Assembly (NCBI GenBank): GCA_051294375.1
Contig: CM119269.1
Span: 372,001 to 436,000 of the forward strand
Direction: 5' to 3'
Origin: Paraspadella gotoi
Lineage: Eukaryota > Animalia > Chaetognatha
DNA: 64,000 bases
Both the position numbers and the translations under genes were made by a program. Positions 56,919 through 64,000 of this stretch are shown here, in pieces. Below the pieces are notes generated by a model. It was not told where the DNA came from, ran no database searches, and saw only the letters and a list, made by a program, of their open reading frames with translations. Position 1 is the first letter of the stretch, and the number at the start of each line of letters is the position of its first letter.

Positions 56919-59900
56919 TTATCCTTCTTGAATCAGAAAATCCAAGTTGATGTTGACCGCCTCGGTATGAGGTTTTCCAAGAAAACGGTTAAGCATCCGT
57001 TGCATGAATCGTTGATACTTTTCGCTCTCCCCTGTAATAAAATCATTATTGTAAATTGGACTAATAAATAATACGACTAATATTACCAATGTTTGACATA
57101 CATTGAATTAAACTTTTAAAGACACTTTTTAAAAATTTGGAAACGCGTATAGTTTTTTTTTTTAAGTTCTGTCTAAAACAACCTTGTTTAATATTTAATC
57201 TAGAATAAGTAAAATGACAATTTTTAAAATTTAAATAATTCCGCCTCAGAATCCCAAGCGCCCTCTATCGGCTGACCTTGCAAGACCCAATAGTCTTCGT
57301 CGTCAAAGACTCTTGTCTCGTCTGGTCTTTCCCAAATCGGGAGACGCAAGATCAAACCGGTGATGGCGCCACCAATGATTGCAATGGCCAATGTGACCAC
57401 GATGGCCTCGAACTGACGACCCGCTTGTTGAGATCCGCTTAAACTGGAAACGGAAAAAAAATATAAACACTACGACAACGATAACCAATCATTAAATAAT
57501 AAAATAAATAATTACAAACGTTAACATAAAAAAAACATATTTTACATTAAATGTTTTTCAAATTTTTAATTTTTATATGTTTTTTTTTTAACCCAAATTT
57601 AACAGAAAAGTAATCATAAAATATACCTACCCCAATCCAAATTTTTTAACATCCAGCAAACAATTATATTCGTTCATGGCAGGATTCATTGCAGGGTAAG
57701 TAACCATGGTAACCTCACTGTTTGGATACCAGTGAGCGAATGCGGGAAAGATACCGCTGGCGATACCGCCCATAAGACCAGCCAATCCTTAAACGTTTGG
57801 GAATTTAATATATTATTAGGTCTAGAAGGAGATGATAATTATCTATGTTGTAAAAATTATTACATCCTTACTCTTGGATGTTCCAAAAAAATTTTTCAAT
57901 GCATTTTTAAAATGAATTAAATTAATCAACTATTATGGTGGATGAAAATCCACCAACCATTCATCAGCGTCCATTGGTACCGGAGGCAAATCATTCGCCT
58001 CCCAACCCAAAGGTCCGGGGTTCTCGCCCGGTGGTCGTCTGGCAGTTAAGAGGGACGGGGTGCTTAACCCGCCTGTAACACAGTGTTACAGCCTGATCCG
58101 AAGCTCAGGGACTGCTTATATTGAACGGTTCTGTCACTAACACATAACAATAATTACTGTCTCTTCACTATTTGATTTTCTAATAAATAAATATTTTAAA
58201 TTGTTTTTCAATTATTTTCATTCTGGTCGTTGGTCCTACGTTAGAAACGAAAAAAAATTTAAACACTTAAATAAGCACTTATCAAAAATAATATTTTATC
58301 ACTATATCTTTATTTATTATCACCGTGTAGACTGTGAACTCCTCTAGAATCGTGAATTTTCAAGAATTTCCTCATGAGAGGAACGAAATATTCTTGCGCA
58401 TGCGCAGTCGTCATTCCCGCCAAAACTCCGATCAAGATGGCTGCCCAAGGCGCGATGTAGGCATTGGCGAGGGCGCCCATTGCCACGCCTCCTGCCAGGC
58501 AAGCTTCTTGCACGTGGAACATGTCCAGTTCACCGAAGCCACTGAGGAATTGGGACATTGCGATGGAACCAATTGCGGAACCGGCGATGCTCCATCGGGT
58601 GTTGGCCAAAGCGACAGTCTGATCCGATCCTGGGATTGATCGATAGATTGATCGATCGTAAATAATTGATTATTTAAATATTAAAGATTTGATTTAGTGT
58701 TTTTTTTTTTACGACATCTTAAGTGTTTAGGATTGTTTTGAGTGTATTATGTTTTGGAAACACTCAATTTGAGTTACCAGAATGTTTCAATTTTATTTTA
58801 TTTTGTGGAATTTTTCTTCGTGAGCCTATTATGAAGCTTATACAATATACAATATACAACTATTATAAAAACCACGAAACTATCCCCGTACCAAGAAAGG
58901 AATAAGCACCAAGAGAGTTTGACTTCCATATAAAGAAAAAGATATGTATAAATCGTATGTTACAATTTTTTATGTTCATAATTTAATATTAAGTATTTAT
59001 ATCCCTTTCTGATATTATTTACCTGTCAAATTTCTTGCATTGAACGAAGGCCACATCGCCCAGAGAAACGCCATTCCCAACAAAGCAAATGAGTTGGATT
59101 CTTTAGACGATTTGTATTTCATATTCCCGCGCAAATATCTCTTATACAAAAGGCGAGAGACAGACAGACCAAAATAAGCGCCAAAGACGTGGACGAGAAT
59201 GGATCCGCCTTCGTCAACCGCGGCGAGGTGATGCTGACAGACATAGGCGTTGATCGAGTAGAGAATGATCTCAATTATGCCCATCGCTGTCAGCTGTGAT
59301 GACAAAGGGAATGAAGCAAAAAGAGAATGGAAAAATTAAGAAGAAAGGGAAGATATCTTTGTGATTTGATTTAATGATTATGACAAACCCTGTCAACTGG
59401 GATATTAAATATGAAAGAACGGTGGCCATTAGATTTTTGTCAAAACTGTAGTTTGTATCTTTTCCTTGTTATGTGAGATTTGGTTATAAAGTAGCAGAGT
59501 TTTTATTTGTATTAAACAACGAGTTTTTCAAAATATTTGGACATGTTTCGGTCCTGGATTCAGACCTTAGTCAGCGCATTTGACAAATTTGAGATTGTCA
59601 AGATTGTCAAATTTGTCAAATGAGCTGACGAAGGTCTGAATCAAGGACCGAAACATGTCCAAATATGAAATGACATTTCTCGCACACACTCCATCACAGA
59701 CCTGCAACGGCGACACGACGCCCAAAACTGCGCCGTAGCTGATCAAAACAGCAAAGACTCCGGCGTCGGCGTCGATCAAAGTCTTCAAAGTCAATTTGAC
59801 GGAATTTCTATCTTTTTCTAAAACCGGAATCGTTTCCACTCTCTTCTCTGGGGAGGGGGGAGGCAATCAATAAATCAATCAATCAATCGGTCGAAAATTC

Positions 59901-61762
59901 AATTGGCTAATTATTTACTTTATGAATCCAACTGCCATACAATAAAAATCTCATCGTTGAATATAGTTTATCAATCAACGATTAACTTAAGTCAATTAAG
60001 TCAATAAATTACTCAGTTAATGACTAAATAGCTAAATCACTAATTCAATCAATCAATCTCATTAAATGTGAGAGACAAAACAATCGGTCAGCCTTCCACT
60101 AAATACCTCTGATTTGAAAGAGCTTGAAGTAATTATTTCCACTAGCTCCACCTAGTTGCACCCGAAGATTTTCGTCTAGAGCGTCTCCATTTTTTAAGGC
60201 GACGCTTTGAATGTTGTTCACGAAAAGACTTTGCAAGGCGCGAGACTTGGCCGTGTCCCCTCGAACCAGGATCAGGTCAACGTCCGTTTTGTTCAACCAA
60301 TGTTCGTTCAACTGCATCGTCGTTCGTGACGTCAGATGGAATTTGTCAGAATCTTTAAGGGGAGCAGGAAGTTAGGGATGGGGAGTTTTAAGGGGAGAAG
60401 GAAGTTAGGGATGGGGAGTTTTAAGGGGAGAAGGAAGTTAGGGATGGGGAGTTTTAATATATATATATAACTAATATAATAATTAACGGAAAAGTTTTGG
60501 AAAGATAAATATATTGTCGCCAATATCAATGATACTGAATCTAAACTCATAAAAAGATTGAAATTGAAGAGACAGTGATAATTGTTATGTGTTAATGACA
60601 GAACCGTTCAATATAAGCAGTCCCTGAGCTTCGGATCAGGCTGTAACACCGTGTTACAAGCGGGTTAAGCGCCCCGTCCCTCTTAACTGCCAGACGACCA
60701 CCGGGCTAGAACCCCGGACCTTTGGGTTGGGAGGCGAATGACTTGCCTCCGGCACCAATGGCCGCTGATAAACGGTTGGTGGATTTTAGTCCACCATAAA
60801 ATTATCTTTTGACGAATGATTCTCCAAATGGAGAGACCGGAAAGACCGACCAAAATAGTCAATATTATTTTAGTATAATTAACCAATGATTTTGATTAAA
60901 GGAATTTTAATCAAAAGATTTAATTTATTAAGTTTTCATAAACGGTTAATGAGCAAATCTTAATTAATTTTTGACTGGTGTTCATTTGTTTTTCCTTCTC
61001 ACCGACTGTGGCGCATTTGGTCGTCGACTGATTCCAGTACAACCATCCGTTGACCAGTAGATGAATCTGTGCGCAGAGAACGACCACGTAGAGAGTGTAG
61101 CCTGACCCGCAGTGGGTGAGTCGTTCCAGGAACGTGTAGAGGAACCCGATCCCAAAAACGACCATCACGTGAACATCCTGGCCGATAGCGATAGCGATAG
61201 CGATAGCCAATTAGAATTTTGAACAATAATCATCAAAAACAACTACATTTATACTACATCATTGGTGCTTGCTGCTAAGCTGCTTAGCCTACATCATTGT
61301 TTGCTGCAAAGCCAACATCGTTGTTACTTGCTAAAAAAAATCAAATCACAGTATTGGTTACTGCAAGGCCAACCACAGTATTGGTTGCTGCATAGCCAAC
61401 CACAGTATTGGTTGCTGCATAGCCATCCACAGTATTGGCTGCTGCAAGGCCAACCACAGTATTGGTTGCTACAAGGCCAACCACAGTATTAGTTGCTGCA
61501 ATTCCATCATCACCGTTACTTGCTACAAGGCTCTCATAGATTTCACACTTTTATTATCACATCTCACCTGAAATTTAACATATTGAATGTGAGAAATGGT
61601 TTTGTCTTTTCCAGAGTCAATTTCCGGTGGGGAATCGGAGCCCTTCGCGTCGTCGTCATATTCGACTAAAGTTCCGAACAAAATAATGAAGACGATTTGA
61701 GTAGTTAAGTAAAATTTGGAAAAACTTTTGTAATGCCAAATTCGGCGTAAAATCTGGAACAT
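56919..61762 (-). CDS. Rh-family (Rh50/RhCG-like) ammonium transporter, divergent; 3' end uncertain
   Basis: FQ|DVHVMVVFGIGFLYTFL, LISYGAVLGVVSPLQ, DEGGSILVHVFGAYFGL, FLWAMWPSFN, LAGGVAMG, IHDSRGVHSLHG, FDDEDYW; exons 61762-61568, 61177-61003, 60352-60107, 59847-59702, 59293-59023, 58629-58324, 57787-57631, 57443-~57241, possibly 57032-56919. Confidence 0.92.
57934..58167 (+). mobile_element. Copy 3 of the 234-bp tRNA-containing LTR-like element
   Basis: CTAT at 57930-57933 and 58168-58171. Confidence 0.9.
59534..59666. mobile_element. Fold-back pLTR remnant with two opposed hammerhead motifs
   Basis: Plus copy 59625-59659 CTGACGA-A-GGTC..GACC-GAAACATGTC; minus copy 59540-59574 has CTGACTA. 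Confidence 0.8.
60355..60457. repeat. 33-bp tandem repeat x3 at the Rh exon-3 acceptor
   Basis: Minus-strand unit TTAAAACTCCCCATCCCTAACTTCCTTCTCCCC. Confidence 0.9.
60565..60798 (-). mobile_element. Copy 4 of the 234-bp tRNA-containing LTR-like element
   Basis: AAAT at 60561-60564 and 60799-60802. Confidence 0.9.
61345..61500. repeat. 27-bp minisatellite (CCACAGTATTGGTTGCTGCAAGGCCAA)n
   Basis: About 6 units in Rh intron 1. Confidence 0.9.
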
Positions 61763-62082
61763 CGTGTTTTTTTTTTTTGTTTTTTTTTTGTCTTGAGACT
61801 AAAGATAAAAATTAAAGACAATTTAATGTGAAAGTGTTAATAACCATGCAATAAATATGTCCACAAGTAAACCTTTCGTTAAGCCCCGTAATAATTAGTA
61901 ATAATTAGTTTGATTTTTAACTTTTGCCAAATAGAAAGCCAATAGGTTTACGCTCAGTTTTGATTTACAATCACTTTTATAAAGTAATGATGACCATCCG
62001 GAGGTATAAAATGCCAAAAAAAAGACAAATATTTAGAAAAACTGTGCCAAAGACTGTAACATTAAGTATGACGCAGTCAGTT

Positions 62083-63301
62083 TCATTGTTTGATAAACGC
62101 TCGTCTGTCTTCTCCCACGATTTTTCTTCCGTCTTTTATGGTTTTACTGATGTTTCCTGAAAAATATAAGAAAACGAGTTTGAGCACACAACTCCTGGTT
62201 TCACGCGGGCATTTGGCGGTAAGCAGCGAATCAGATGATTAATCTTACCATTTCTTTTTTAATTTAATACAATTTAACAACAATATTTATAATTTATAGT
62301 TTTTTTATATGGTATTTGCTTTCATTCAGGTGATAATGCAGGTTATGATCGTTAAGATTTTTATGGTGGTTAACTGGTTATGGTAGCATATTTTTATTAT
62401 GTTTACATTTCTTATAAAAGGAAAAACAAATTAATTAGTTAACTGTAATTTATGTTTTTTATTTTAAAATTTCAGAATAAAATTAACCTAATTTCCAAAA
62501 ATCTTCATCGTCGTACAGCTGCTCGTCGTTAGGATTATCCCAAATCGAAAGTCGCATAATTAATCCAGTAAAGATTCCACCGACAAGAGCGAAGACCAAA
62601 GTGACCACCTGAGCGGCCATTTGGTGACCGCCTTGTTTTAAGGAGCTCCATCTGTGGGTTTAGTCAGAAAATGTGGAGAACAATCATTGGTATAATTAAG
62701 TATAAAGAGATTCTGTGGAGCGGGATGAAATTAAGCTTCAAAGTCGAAAACGTTATGTGGCTTATTACTTTTAAATACTTCGTTCCATTTTTTTCTATTA
62801 AGCCTTTAATATTTTCATTCAAATATTTTTTAAACGGGATTATATGAACCTACTACGCCCAACCTTCATAATTTGGCTCTCTTTTCCAAAAACGTCCAAT
62901 TTCTGTTCCTTAATCCTTAAACTTAATTTTAACGCTAATATTTAACCCTAATCTGTTACCAATCTTTAATCTTTTAATCCTAAATCCTAATCCTTGATAC
63001 CTAAATCCTTGATTCCCTATCCTAAACTTGAACCGAATCTAATTCCTAATTTAAGATGAAATAGGGCGTTATGGGAATATAAGGCCCTTAATTAAACTTT
63101 TTTCCTTACCTTCATTATCCCCGACTTACCCTAAGCCAAAAAACACATCTTTCCCTTCATTGATTCTCATGCGACAAAGAGCTTCGTTCGGTTGAGGAGC
63201 CATTGCGGGAAACACCCTGTAGAGGCTGCTTCCGTATTTTTCCTCTGTAGCAACGCCGGCGACGATGGCGCTCCCGACGCCGGCGATGAGCGCCGGGACA
63301 C
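62083..63301 (-). CDS. Second Rh-family ammonium transporter, last three exons; the gene continues past the window
   Basis: GVPALIAGVGSAIVAGVATEEKYGSSLYRVFPAMAP; WSSLKQGGHQMAAQVVTLVFALVGGIFTGLIMRL..LYDDEDFW. Confidence 0.88.
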
Positions 63302-64000
63302 CTGGCGGAAAAATGAGATGGCGTGGTTGTTGGAGTTTTTTTTCCTTTGTGGATCTCAAATATTTCTTTATGGATTTACATTACACCGTTGACTTGCACT
63401 TTATTAATAATTATTTTTTATTATTATATTATTATTTATTATTATTTTATTATTATAAATTTCATATTAAACTATTAGTTTTTATCAGTTCTTTAAACGT
63501 CATCACAAGCACAGGGAGTATAGTACGTAATTGAATTAATATTTATTATAATTGCAGGAATTGCTACATTGTTTGTTTTTGTATTTGAATTTACCTTTAC
63601 GAAATCATATGGTAACCATGTATAAAAGTATAATTAACTTAATATAGATTTAAAAATGTTTTATCACAGACTCTCTCTCTCTCTCTGTCTCTCTCTCCCT
63701 CTCCCTCTCTCCCTCTCTTTCTTTCCGAAGCAGAGCACTCTCATGAAATTAGCATCATTAAAATGATTAAGTAGTAAAAAAAATATTTTGTTCATATTGT
63801 CTTGGGAACAGAGATTCAGATTCATATTCTTCATAAAAAGTTAAATCAAAATATAAAACATGTTATCCAATATTCTGTCGTCTTCAGCATTTAAAATTTT
63901 ATTCTCTGTAGTATAAACTTATATATGTTCAACCGTTTTAGTCATTTTTTGCGGCTTAAAAAGTAAAATATTATATAACATATCATCTAAAAGTTTCTTA

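Noticed and set aside
57967-58038. Functional tRNA-Gly gene
   Set aside because: Anticodon and D stems do not pair, no oligo-T terminator, and it is embedded in a TSD-flanked repeat
61262-61492. QPQYWLLQG repeat ORF resembling a neuropeptide precursor
   Set aside because: 27-bp intronic minisatellite with no basic cleavage sites and no ATG or signal peptide

Overview
Eukaryotic, most likely invertebrate metazoan, draft-assembly DNA: GC-rich exons, AT-rich GT-AG introns, many (GA)n/(CT)n microsatellites and four N-gaps. Genes read from spliced exons: an RRM RNA-binding gene, an unusually long rad21, an intronless SLC25 carrier, USP12/46, a three-domain Kazal inhibitor, a possible secreted peptide precursor, a 12-finger C2H2 gene with a possible degenerate PR domain, and two tandem Rh/Amt ammonium-transporter genes. 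There are also decayed DYRK-kinase and 3CxxC zinc-finger genes. The mobile DNA is the most unusual part. It includes a 234-bp element (4 copies, all with 4-bp TSDs) carrying an internal tRNA-like cloverleaf, an intact TRIM, a Penelope-like element, several fold-back remnants with minimal hammerhead ribozymes, and an intronic insertion encoding about 8 TQT (LC8-binding) motifs. All calls are by eye with no database searches, so exon boundaries are approximate.
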